Positions 26,240-37,889 of a DNA stretch of 64,000 nucleotides are shown piece by piece. This DNA is from Octopus sinensis (Eukaryota): assembly GCF_006345805.1 (NCBI RefSeq), contig NC_042998.1, positions 198,462,001 to 198,526,000 of the forward strand. The letters are read 5' to 3'. The stretch's first letter is position 1. Each line of letters starts with the position of its first letter. The notes under the pieces are model-generated. The model saw nothing but the letters and a program-made list of their open reading frames with translations, searched no databases and was not told where the DNA came from. Made by a program: the position numbers and the translations under genes.

Positions 26240-27780
26240 TAATTATAAATATCTATATGTATATGTAAGAGTATACTCAAGAATTTACCAGTTTTGAAAT
26301 ATATGGCCAAAACCCTGCAATCAGTGCACCACCCTCAAACTCGGCCTCAGAGCCCACCACTGTGGAGTCAGGTAATACCTAGTCAATGACGTTATTTGGT
26401 TCGCTTGAAATAGCGACCAAATCTCCCTCAGATCACAACCACCTTACATCTTAAAAAATCAGTACACATTCGATCATATATTCCTAGATACCCTATGCTC
26501 GAACATTAAATGAGGTAGTCACGTCAAAATCTTTTTATCTAAAGCTTTATGGATTAGAACACGTCACTTTCTGGAGATATAATACATGGGAGCTAACTGT
26601 GCAGTATGTTCAAGTTATCTCCCGTTATTTCAGCTCGTCGTTACACCTACATATGTTATGCTTAAATATTTGACGTGAAAATCATGGTGAAAGCTTCTAC
26701 TCACCGTAATGATATATCTCCAGGATATATCTGGAGTGGATAATGTCATTTTAAGGAATAATAACATTGGCTCTAACACACTTTATCTCTTCATATTGCA
26801 GTCAACTAGTCGTGGTGCACCTGAGCACTGTATACAATAATTTCATTATTATTATTATTATCATTGTTATTAAATTCTTTATTGCCCACAAGGGGCTAAA
26901 CACAGGGGGGACAAACAAGGACAGATAAAGGGATTAAGTCGATTATATCGACCTCAGTGCGTAACTGGTACTTATTTAATCGACCCCGAAAAGATGAAAG
27001 GCAAAGTCGACCTCGGAGGAATTTGAACTCAGAACGTAACGGCAGACGATATACCTATTTCTTTACTACCCACAAGGGGCTAAACACAGAGGGGACAAAC
27101 AAGGACATACAAACGGATTAAGTCAATTATATCGACCTCAGTGCGTAACTGGTACTTCATTTATCGACCCCGAAAGGATGAAAGGCAAAGTCGACCTCGG
27201 CAGAATTTGAACCCAGAACGTAACGGCAGACGAAATACCGCTCAGCATTTCGCCCGTCGTCCTAACGTTTCTGCCAGCGCTCCACCTTCGCGTGGCCTAT
27301 GCACCTCGACGCTCGGTCGGCTGAAAGCGGCACCCAAATTTCCCTTATATCGCACTTTATTGTTTTGGAGAAGGAAGTTGACATTTCATAATGTAACCCA
27401 AAAATAGACCTGAAAAAGCGACAATATGGTAGTGCTGTCGGTATTAAGTCTCCCGGCGAGCTGGCAGAAACATTAACACGCCGGGTGAAATGTTTAGCGG
27501 TATTTCGTCTGTCGCTACGTTCTGAGTTCAAATTCCGCCGAGGTCGACTTTGCCTTTCATCCTTTCGGAGTCGATAAATTAAGTACCAGTTACGCACTGG
27601 GGTTGATATAATCGACTTAATCCATTTGTCTGTCCTTGTTTGTCCCCTCTGTGTTTAGCCCCTTGTGGGTAATAAAGAAATAGGTATTTCGTCTGTCGTT
27701 ACGTTCTGAGTTCAAATTCCGCCGAGGCCGACTTTGCCTTTCATCCTTTTGGGGTCGATAAATTAAGTACCAGTTACGCA

Positions 27781-28692
27781 CTGGGGTCGATGTAATCGAT
27801 TTAATCCGTTTGTCTATCCTTGTTTGTCCTCTCTGTGTTTAGCTCCTTGTGGGTAGTAAAGAAATAGGTATTAAGTCTCCTGCCAAAACCGAATTACAGA
27901 AAACACAGTTGTATATTATAAAGTAGTCGCTATAGTTGTTTGCACAGCGTTCAAAAGTGAAGATTGATTTGAGGTTTTTAAAAGAATGACATCAACAAGT
28001 TTTATAGAAAATACGCCTTCAGCGCCTGAAGAAAACGTAATATTTCTTGCCAAAACACCTTATTTTGGAAAAAGGAATTAAATTATCAGTCATATTTTGT
28101 TTGGTATTTTAAAGGAATTAAATTATCAGTCATATTTTGTTTGGTATTTTAAAATTAAGTTAATCTGAATATGAGAATTAAATAATAAATCACGAGTGGC
28201 TGTGTGGTAAGTAGCTTGCTAACCAACCACATGGGTCTGGGGTCGATGTAATCGATTTAATCCGTTTGTCTATCCTTGTTTGTCCTCTCTGTGTTTAGCT
28301 CCTTGTGGGTAGTAAAGAAATAGGTATTAAGTCTCCTGCCAAAACCGAATTACAGAAAACACAGTTGTATATTATAAAGTAGTCGCTATAGTTGTTTGCA
28401 CAGCGTTCAAAAGTGAAGATTGATTGAGGTTTTTAAAAGAATGACATCAACAAGTTTTATAGAAAATACGCCTTCAGCGCCTGAAGAAAACGTAATATTT
28501 CTTGCCAAAACACCTTATTTTGGAAAAAGGAATTAAATTATCAGTCATATTTTGTTTGGTATTTTAAAGGAATTAAATTATCAGTCATATTTTGTTTGGT
28601 ATTTTAAAATTAAGTTAATCTGAATATGAGAATTAAATAATAAATCACGAGTGGCTGTGTGGTAAGTAGCTTGCTAACCAACCACATGGGTC
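27781..28692. repeat. Tandem duplication, unit about 455 bp
   Basis: 27781-28236 is repeated at 28237-28692; by eye the copies differ only by 1-nt indels. Confidence 0.92.
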
Positions 28693-30511
28693 TGGGTTCA
28701 GTCCCACTGCGTGGCATCTTGGGCAAGTGCCTTCTGCTATAGCCCCGGGCCGACCAATGCCTTGTGAGTGGATTTGGTAGACGGAAACTGAAAGAAGCCT
28801 GTCGTATATATGTATATATATATATATGTGTGTGTGTGTCTGTGTTTGTCCCCCTTGCATTGCTTGACAACCGATGCTGGTGTGTTTACGTCCCCGTCAC
28901 TTAGCGGTTCGGCAAAAGAGACCGATAGAATATGTACTGGGCTTACAAAAGAATAAGTCCCGGGGTTGATTTGCTCGACAAAAGGCGTTGCTCCAGCATG
29001 GCCGCAGTCAAATGACTGAAACAAGTAAAAGAGTAAAAAGAGAGAAAGAGATTTAAACACAACCAATAACTAGAATGGGTAAGCCTTCCGTCCCGCCCCA
29101 ATTTTCTGCCAAATTTGTTTAATTTTGTAATTGTTTTTTTGCCAAAAATCCCCGTTTTTGGATACGGAGGTTCCGGAAAAGTGCCAAACATCAGTCTTTT
29201 ATTGATATTAGCTAAATAAGTAAATATATAATTTTTAGTCTAATATATTTCGAATTGTACTTTTTCCAAAAATCTTCTCTGTCGGTCTTAACAAGCTACC
29301 ATAGTATTTACCATTATTTACCATTATTTACCAGTATTTACCATTGTATTAGTAATTAAGCCATTTTATTTCCTTTTCTATGGTGTTCTGCCCTACTTGA
29401 TAATTTTATTTTATTTCTTTATTATTTTATAATTAGCCTTTATTTATAAAATTAATCTAGTTTTTGTATCTCTAGAAATTCATACTTAGCTTATATAAAA
29501 CTATACTGGTATATTCACTACTTATTAAAAAATACTGCTTAGATTATAATTTTATTAATATATAATCAGCATGTTCCTTTACCTCAATACACCTTTATTA
29601 ATACCAGTATATACCGATTAATCAATATTCACAGATACCATCTGATGAGTTTGTATTTAAGTGTACAATATGTATAAATATTAAACTATTTCTGGATAAT
29701 TTCTTTTCCTCCCTCTATTGTTGGAAAAGTTTGGTATATACTCAAAAGTATTCATAAATTTCTATCCTTTTGTTATAATATTCTTCTTAATAATCCTTTA
29801 AATAACCCTAAACTTTGACTGTATACAATATAGCAACATTGTTTAAAATATTTAACTATAGTACCACATGATAAGACTTCCCTGTTTCATTATCAATGGT
29901 CTGCTAGTGGGCGACCCCCTTAATTATCAACTAACATCTTGTTTTAAGTTTTCCTTTACCAAACCTCATGATAAAGCTTCTAATAAATCTTGATTTTTAT
30001 GACTATACCAACTAGAATGTCTGTCTGCTCCCTCAGCCCTACCCCTAACAGATGCTGCCCTCTGTTCTCTCAGCCTTAGATATACAAGGGATTTGATAAA
30101 CTAGTCTATAAATTAAAATTGACCCCATAAAGACAAAAAAATCAGTGACAGGCAGAGTCTTGTTGATAATTTTAGTAACTTCTATACTGAAGTAGAGACA
30201 ACATGTTCTTTGTCTATCTCCTTAACTTCTTGGAGATTTTAGGCATAATTATACTAATGTGTCCATCTGTTCTAATTTAATTAAATTCTATGTCTTTGTG
30301 CAGCTGAAGATTGCTCTACATTTTAAATTGATGCAATGATTGCATTGTTCAAATAAATGGAGTTGCATGAAATGATATCATACTGCATTATCTCTTGTTG
30401 CTTATTTTGATTTTAATCACCTTATTTTGAAATTGTATGGATAATACCGTACTAAATTCTGGTGCCTCAACTTAATTACCATATTCATCTGAATCTAAAT
30501 TTTTGCTGAAC

Positions 30512-30554
30512 TTATATATATATATATATATATATGCATGTGTGTATATATGAA

Positions 30555-30605
<51 letters not shown>

Positions 30606-30627
30606 GTATATATATATATATATGTAT

Positions 30628-30687
<60 letters not shown>

Positions 30688-30720
30688 GTATAGATATATG
30701 TATATATATATGTGTATATC
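30512..30720. repeat. (TA)n/(TATG) compound microsatellite (one of many)
   Basis: About 200 bp TA-rich tract. Others lie at 17640-17810, 24505-24570, 15140-15240 and 13606-13650. Confidence 0.95.
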
Positions 30721-32126
30721 ATCATCATCATCATCGTCATTTAACATCCACTTTCCATGCTAGCATGGGTTGGACGATTTGACTGAGGACTGGCGAACCA
30801 GATAGCTGCATCAGGTTCCAATCTTGATCTGGTAAAGTTTCTACAGCCCTTCCTAATGCCAACCACTCCGAGAGTGTAGTGGGTGCATTTACGTGCCACC
30901 AGCATGAGGGCCAGACCGGCGATACTGGCAACGGCAATGCTCAAATGGTGCTTTTTACGTGCCACTTGCACAGGAGTCAGTCCAGCAGCACTAGCAATGA
31001 CCTCGCCCGAATGTTTTGTTCACGTGCCACCAGCACAAGTGCCAGTAAGGCAACAGGTAACAATCATGCTCGAATGGTGTTTTTTATGTGCTACCAGCAT
31101 GGAGGCCAGCTTGTTGCTCTGGCAACGATCATGCTCGTATAGTACTCTTAGTGCCCCTCTATATATATACCTATATAATATAATAATGAAAGTATTGTGT
31201 GTAATGCTCAGGTGCACTACAACTTATCAAAGGTGCATGTATAAGTACATAGAATTATGTACAAAAGTCAGGTAAGTGAACAGTGTATGAGTCATGATAT
31301 ACATATGTGGCATGCATATGGAGAGGGGATACCAGGTGTAGTGTTGGCGAACTAATACATACACACACACAGCCACACACACAAATATTCCTTGTAGGCT
31401 AGGCTTCCTTTTGTACACCTTCCTCCAAAAAAACCACCTTTTTTTTTCTTATTTAATTTCTTTTTTTCCACTCACACTTCCGCTTTTGGCTATGAAGAAT
31501 ACGAATCTGCAAAAAGATTGGCCAAAATCGGTATTTCGAAATTACCCAACACTAAATTCTTCATTTTTAACTTATTTCAGAAAATTGTTTTTTTTTCAAA
31601 ATATGTGGAAAAATACGGAGATTATGAGTCTGAAAAAAAGTCTCAAACATTTTTCTACGTAGGGTTAGGGATTTAGGGTTAGTTTTTTAGGGTTAAGGTT
31701 TTAGAGTTTTAGGGTTAGGGTTAGGGTTGGAATTTTAGGGTTGTGGTTATGGAAAACAGTGAAAAATGAAGAAATTGGGGGTGGAAGAGAGTAAGGGGTG
31801 TGGGCAAAAAATTTCGAAATTCCGATTTTTGGCAATTTTCCGAAAATGTGGGTTTTGGTGGTGGTGATGGTGGTGGTGGGGGAATCAATTATTTGTGAGA
31901 AAATAGGTGGGGGACGATGGGAGGAAGTCTTTCCATTTCATGTAATTCCAATGAATTACACTATCTTTGAGATACTTACATAGTCTAGGTTAGTAAAAAA
32001 AAAGACACCTTTCATAATGCTTTGTAATGTTTTAATCCTAACAACACAATTATGTGAGATATCCTTACAATCATATTTTCCAAATAAAATTTATACTAAT
32101 TTACTTTCCAATTTTAAAGCTTAATT

Positions 32127-32541
32127 GGATCTTTTCGGTTTGACCGGCAGTTTTTTCTAGCAGTGTCATATGAAATTGTCACCCATAATTATGACCCTAG
32201 TATCGATCTATTGCATTTCAATCTGTTTTAGGGTTAGGTGTGGGGGGAAGGGTATATTTTTTTTCTTCAGAAATGTAAATAAACCCAATCTGTTTCTTAA
32301 ACGAGGGACATATTCATACGGTACAGAATGTTTTCACCTCAATAGACGTCATTGATTGGTTGAAATTGCAGAAATTGAAGAAAAAAACAACAACAAATAT
32401 CTTACAAACCATAGAATTTTCTCCATAAAGCCAAGAGAAAAAGATGTTTTATAAACACATTCTACCAGTATACGAAGTTTAAAAGTGCTTAGTTACGTGG
32501 AAATTATTAAAAAAAACTGCCGTTCAAACCAAAAAGGATCC
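32127..32541. mobile_element. GG-terminal MITE, family M2 (other copies at 56686-57098 inverted and 60489-60903)
   Basis: TIR GGATCTTTTCGGTTTGACCGGCAGTTTTT. Three approximately 415 bp copies. Decayed 8-bp flank matches (AAATTTTG/AGATTTTG at copy 3; GCTTAATT/ACTTTATT at copy 1). Confidence 0.75.
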
Positions 32542-33410
32542 ACTTTATTTTATATAACAATTTTCAATTTCTCATTATCTAACAGGAAATAAGATTTTTT
32601 TTTAAACATTTGAAGATTAGAAACTGTGACAGTCTAAAATATTTATCAAACTGTGTGGTAAGTAGCTTGCTTACCAACCACATGGTTCCGGGTTCAGTCC
32701 CACTGCGTGGTACCTTAGGCAAGTGTCTTCTACTATAGCCTCGGGCCGACCAAAGCCTTGTGAGTGGATTTGGTAGACGGAAACTGAAAGAAGCCTGTCG
32801 TATATATGTATGTATATATATGTATATATATGTGTGTGTGTGTATATGTTTCTGTGTCTGTGTCTGTGTTTGTCCCCCTAGCATTGCTTGACAACCGATG
32901 CTGGTGTGTTTACGTCCCCGTTACTTAGCGGTTCGGCAAAAGAGACCGATAGAATAAGTAGTACTGGGCTTACGAAAGAATAAATCCCGGGGGTCGAGTT
33001 GCTCGATCAAAGGCGGTGCTCCAGCATGGCCGCAGTCAAAATGACTGAAACAAGGAAAGAGAGAGAAAAAAAAAAAAAAAGAAACTACGTATTTTTTAAT
33101 CCCGGATTATTTCATTTAATCCCGGTGCTTTATAAGATAAGCGACAGTTTCTAGTTCGCACCGGCTGGTTAGTCACGAAGGAGTGTTTGGTGTCCTCGTG
33201 TGAAGCCGATTCCTCAGATGATGGCTAATTCGATTCTGGTCATAACACGGTGAAGCGAAGCTATGGATTAATCAACCATGACGACACGCACGTGTTAAGC
33301 TAATTGGACACACTCACAAATGCTTTTTTATATCCACATGAACTATTTCCACTCATTCCTTCCTGGTCACATGTAACTTAAAAAAGCAATCCAACCGTGA
33401 CATTGCCATC

Positions 33411-33870
33411 ATGTTGCCATCGAAAATTATCCCGTCACTCGTTTCCTTTATGGTGGGGTTAATATCATCTGGTTTGGTCATCGGAACCGTTTACAAACTC
33501 TACGGTTACGGAGTGAAGAAGCTGCGAAAGGGCCGCCGGGGCGACGAGGGTTCTGAAGATGAAGATGAGATTTTCACAGAAGTTCTCATGTTCCCCGATA
33601 AACACATTGCGTGCAAGAACAACTTTCTACTGGAATCTGGTTGTGTTCGCTCCGACTGTTCTCTGTCCCATTACAAAACTTCCCTAAGCGAAATCTACCG
33701 ACGTCTCTGTGCAGCCAAAAAATACATCTGTGTCTGTGTTTTCCACATAACTTACAAGGATCTTGTAGATATTTTAATTGCCATGAACAAGAAAGGTGTC
33801 TGTATTCAGGTGATAACTGATGATGAGAAAACTGACAGTGAATCTCAGGTAGACCGACTTAGAGCGCACA
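33411..33870 (+). CDS. PLD6: PLD6/Zucchini (mitochondrial cardiolipin hydrolase / piRNA endonuclease), exon 1
   Basis: ATG at 33411. N-terminal hydrophobic anchor followed by a basic stretch (KKLRKGRR), EVLMFP motif, C68-x9-C78-x4-C83-x3-H87 zinc-wing pattern and VITD motif. Donor GTAAGT at 33871 after 460 nt (phase 1). Confidence 0.95.
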
Positions 33871-36193
33871 GTAAGTACACCTACAATTATCTTTATTTTA
33901 TTAAGGTGTAATAGAATTTTGTTTCTCCCAATTATTACCCTAAATATTCGTGACTGGGTTTCCAGTTTAGCTTTAAACCGCTTATGCTCCGAAGTAAAGC
34001 ATGAACACCACATCTTCCTATACTCTACATCTGCCAAAATCGTCTCCAGATTTTCAAAAAAGTTGGTATTAACTCATCAGGTGACTTTGGCGTTTTTGTT
34101 TAGCCCTAGGTCAACACTAATCCAGTTGGCAATCAACTAAACAGTTCCAACCGTGACCATTCCGTCTTTTTATATATCTTGGACTACATAGCTCAATGCA
34201 GCCTCCCTTTTCTAAGAGGGTAGGGTGTAGTAATTTAAGGGAGATTTGGCTTGAGCCACTACATGGTCGCACAACCCTTTAAAAATAGCCAGTTATTCTT
34301 TTTATTCTTTTAATTACACCCGTCCTCCTTTTAAAGGGAAGGTCAGACCGGATAATGTCCTAGATATACTGCGGGAAAGGGATACTCATACTTGAAATAC
34401 TTAGGTTAGAGCTTATGGAAGGCTTATCAACAGCCATGTATAAGGCTACCCCGTCGGCTTGATGAGGCTGAAACATAGCATATATGAAGAGATTAAGATT
34501 ATCGAACCGACCACCCACGCCATCCAAAATGAGATCGCTATTACTGTATCTATATAAACCTATCCCTGTACTTAATTACTTTTCGTTTTACCTCGTTCTA
34601 CGTCTCTTACCTCTGAGTTCTGTTCTTAATTATTTTCCCACCATTTCTATTCTTTGTTGTTCATGAAATCCCCTATATTTTCTTCGACCCCCTTCTTTAC
34701 AGAATAAATACGGCCTATCTATCCCCCTACTTCAGCTGTATTGATTTTTATATCATTGAAGGCTTTGCAAAAAATAGCATTTATTGATTTGTTGACATTG
34801 TCCTTCTAGATATATCGATTTACTTGTCCCGTATGACCTTTTGACCTTTCAGCTAGTAAATTCAACTAAAAATAGCTTAAAGAATTTATTGGTTTAAAAC
34901 GAATGGATTTTCATGTTCAATCTTAAATAAATGGCAAAAAAAAAATACGTTGCCCCGCGAACTTGAACAATTTGCTCCGAGTGATAAATTTTACGATCGC
35001 ATTATAATATTGCAGCCACCCACGACCGTTTTCTAATTCTGTTGTCGATTGATACAGCAGGAAAGCATCGATCTGGTTCTCGGTCATCCAGTATTATGAC
35101 TATTTACCTGGAGACTGGCTGCATCTTTCTCCGTCCCCCTCTTCCTCACACTCTTTCTCTATCCACTCCCGCCTCCACACTCTTTCTCTTCCACCTTATC
35201 TCTTTTCCTCACAATATCTAAACATGGCCTAAAAAGTGATTTCAAGTGTTGTCGTTAAGCCCCAGGTCAGCCCTATGCAGCATACCTATTTCTTTACTAC
35301 CCACAAGGGGCCAAACACAGAGGGGATAGACAAGCGGATTAAGTCGATTATATCGACCCCCAGTGTGCAACTGGTACTTATTTAATCGACCCCGAAAGGA
35401 TGAAAGGCAAAGTCGACCTCGGCGGAATTTGAACTCAGAACGTAGCGGCAGAGGCTACGTTCTGCCGCTACGTTCTGAGTTCAAATTCCCCCGAGGTCGA
35501 CTTTGCCTTTCATCCTTTCGGGGTCGATTGCAGCATACCTCTAATCAAAAGCGTTCCATCCGTAACCATCCCGTCTTTTCCTTATGTGTAAAGAATTCGA
35601 GACCTTATCTTACGGGTCCTTTTCTAAGATAGTGGTGTGTTATCTAGTAATGATTTAACTGCTATTTTTAGCAGTTCGTGCGAGCTGCTAGACATAACAC
35701 TGGTTTGTTTCAATCTTGTTTGGACTGTGCTGTATAAATATTATTTACAGTTGGGATCTTCGTCAGTTTCCGTATGCCCTTCGATTTATGTAACAGAAAT
35801 AATTAGTAAATGTCTCATTGGCGGAAGTTTAATGAGCGAAGTGAAACCGTTTCAGAAGAGCGTTTTTTGTTAGTTTTCGTAATTTTATTCGAAAAGTTTC
35901 TGTTGTAATTTTCATCCTCATCATCATCGTGTCTGTTTTCCATGCTGGCATGTGTTGGACGGTTTGATAGGAGTTGGCAAGTCAGAGGATTGCACCAAGG
36001 CCTATAGTCTACTTTGGCATGGTTTCTATGACTGGATGAACTTCCTAATGCCGACCACTTTTCAGAGTATACTGAGTGTGGCACCAGCACCAGTGGGGGT
36101 CACTGAGTAACTTACAAAACAAAGACCCCTTGAGGAGTAGTGGTGATGGAGGTGGTTTTGTCCTAGTTGGCTAAAGTATAATAGAGAGATAGA

Positions 36194-36425
36194 AGGCGGC
36201 GAGCTGGCAGAAACGTTAGCGCGCCGGGCGAAATGCTAAGCGGTATTTCGTCTGTCGTTACGTTCTGAGTTCAAATTCCGCCGAGGTTGACTCTGCCTAT
36301 CATCCTTTCGGGGTCAATTAAATAAGTACCAGTTGCGCACTGGGGTCGATATAATCGACTTAATCCGTTTGTCTGTCCTTGTTTGTCCCCTCTATGTTTA
36401 GCCCCTTGTGGGTAGTAAAGAAATA
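36194..36425 (+). mobile_element. tRNA-derived SINE family C (MetaSINE-like central domain), monomer with TSD
   Basis: GGCGAGCTGGCAGAA...GAGTTCAAATTCC boxes and the GACT.TGCCT.TCATCCTTTCGGGGTC.AT.AA..AGTACCAG domain. Flanks TATAATAGAGAGATAGA/TATAATAGAGGGATAGA. Approximate copies: 4465-4628, 7410-7650, 19865-20098, 20788-20912, 26875-27290, 27454-27866, 35288-35528, 40011-40428. Confidence 0.85.
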
Positions 36426-36864
36426 TATAATAGAGGGATAGAGAGAGGTGTCTTGCTGTACAGGTGTTATATGGCTACCTAGGTTGGAATAGAAGAGAGA
36501 GAGAGAGAGAGTTTGTGGTGGAGATGTGTTGAGAAATATCTTCTAGGTACAGTGTGGGTGGTGAATACAAGTGGTTTACAAAGGAGTGGACAGGGCGAGT
36601 AGGCATATGTGATGGTGAGAAATATTGGAGTGGGTTAGGGTAGGGGGAAGGTTAAATCAGGTGTTGGCAGCCTGTGGGCGGCATGACTTTCTGAATTGCA
36701 CATTTAATGAAAATATTACCTTGAAGCAGTTGTAACAGGGATGAAAGGTCTATAACACTTGAGGGGTGCAGGTCTCATCCCGTTACATTAAATTATTTGT
36801 CGAAGGAAAAGCAAGACATCGAATATCTTCAATAACATAAATATTTTATTTTTCTGGATTCGCA

Positions 36865-36909
<45 letters not shown>

Positions 36910-37889
36910 CAGCGTGGAAGGTGTTTGTAATCCATTTAAGAAACACACAAAAGCTGTTCGGTTCACTTCAACATTTAAGTTTAATTTGTCAAAATATTTT
37001 CGTCGCTAAAATCCGCGACTTGTTCACTGACGAAAATCCCTGCTGCATCGGATTTTTGCATCGGAGATGCAGCACAGATTTTTGTCAGTGAACAGGTCGT
37101 GGATTTTAGCGATGAAAATATTTTGACAAATTAAACTTAAATGCTGAAGTGAACCGAACGGCTTTTGTGTGTTTCTTAAATGGCTTACAAACACCTTCCA
37201 CACTGCAAGTGTTTTCGTTTCAGCACACGATCTCAGATCAAATCACTTGCTATGCGAGTACATCTCTGTAAAATATATATATATATTTCCTTCAGGGCAA
37301 ACCGGTAGCCATTGGAGCTTAAATGGTGTGAACCAAATCCTGTTTTGTTTCAGCATAGTGTGGCTTTGCCACATGGTAGCAGCTTGAGGAGAGATGTGAG
37401 AACACGTCTGTTCTGTTCGGCTTCAGCTTCGAGAGAGAGATCGGTACATGGGAAGTTTTGCAGCTAGTAGTTCTCTGTGCATGAGGGAACTTCGAGCGGC
37501 CTCTCAGAAGAAATCCAACTCTGCGCATGCTCGCTGAAGACTTCCAAAATGGTGTCACTGTATAGTGTATCTTGCTTCTTGAAAAATGTTGCCCATGTCT
37601 GGAATAAATGCTTCACTGGCATCATAGTCATTGTTATTTTTATTTTAACAAACATATGGAACAGATGTATACTTAAATCTACTCCAGTTGCAGTGTATTT
37701 CAGTGTTAGTTAAGTGTCACACACTGCAGGTTTTTTTTATTATTAGTGCATACTTGGGTAGGGTAATCAGTGGAAATCTATAATGGAGGTCTTGGAATGA
37801 TGTGTGGAGTACAACTATAGGGAATGATGTATAGGGTACAGTGCAGAAGTTTGGTTGTTTATGTGTGGGATATGATGTAAAAATCTGGA

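Noticed and set aside
29630-29700. CTGATGAG within AT-rich DNA
   Set aside because: No GAAA partner or stems; no transposase or RT peptide could be read from 29200-30300.
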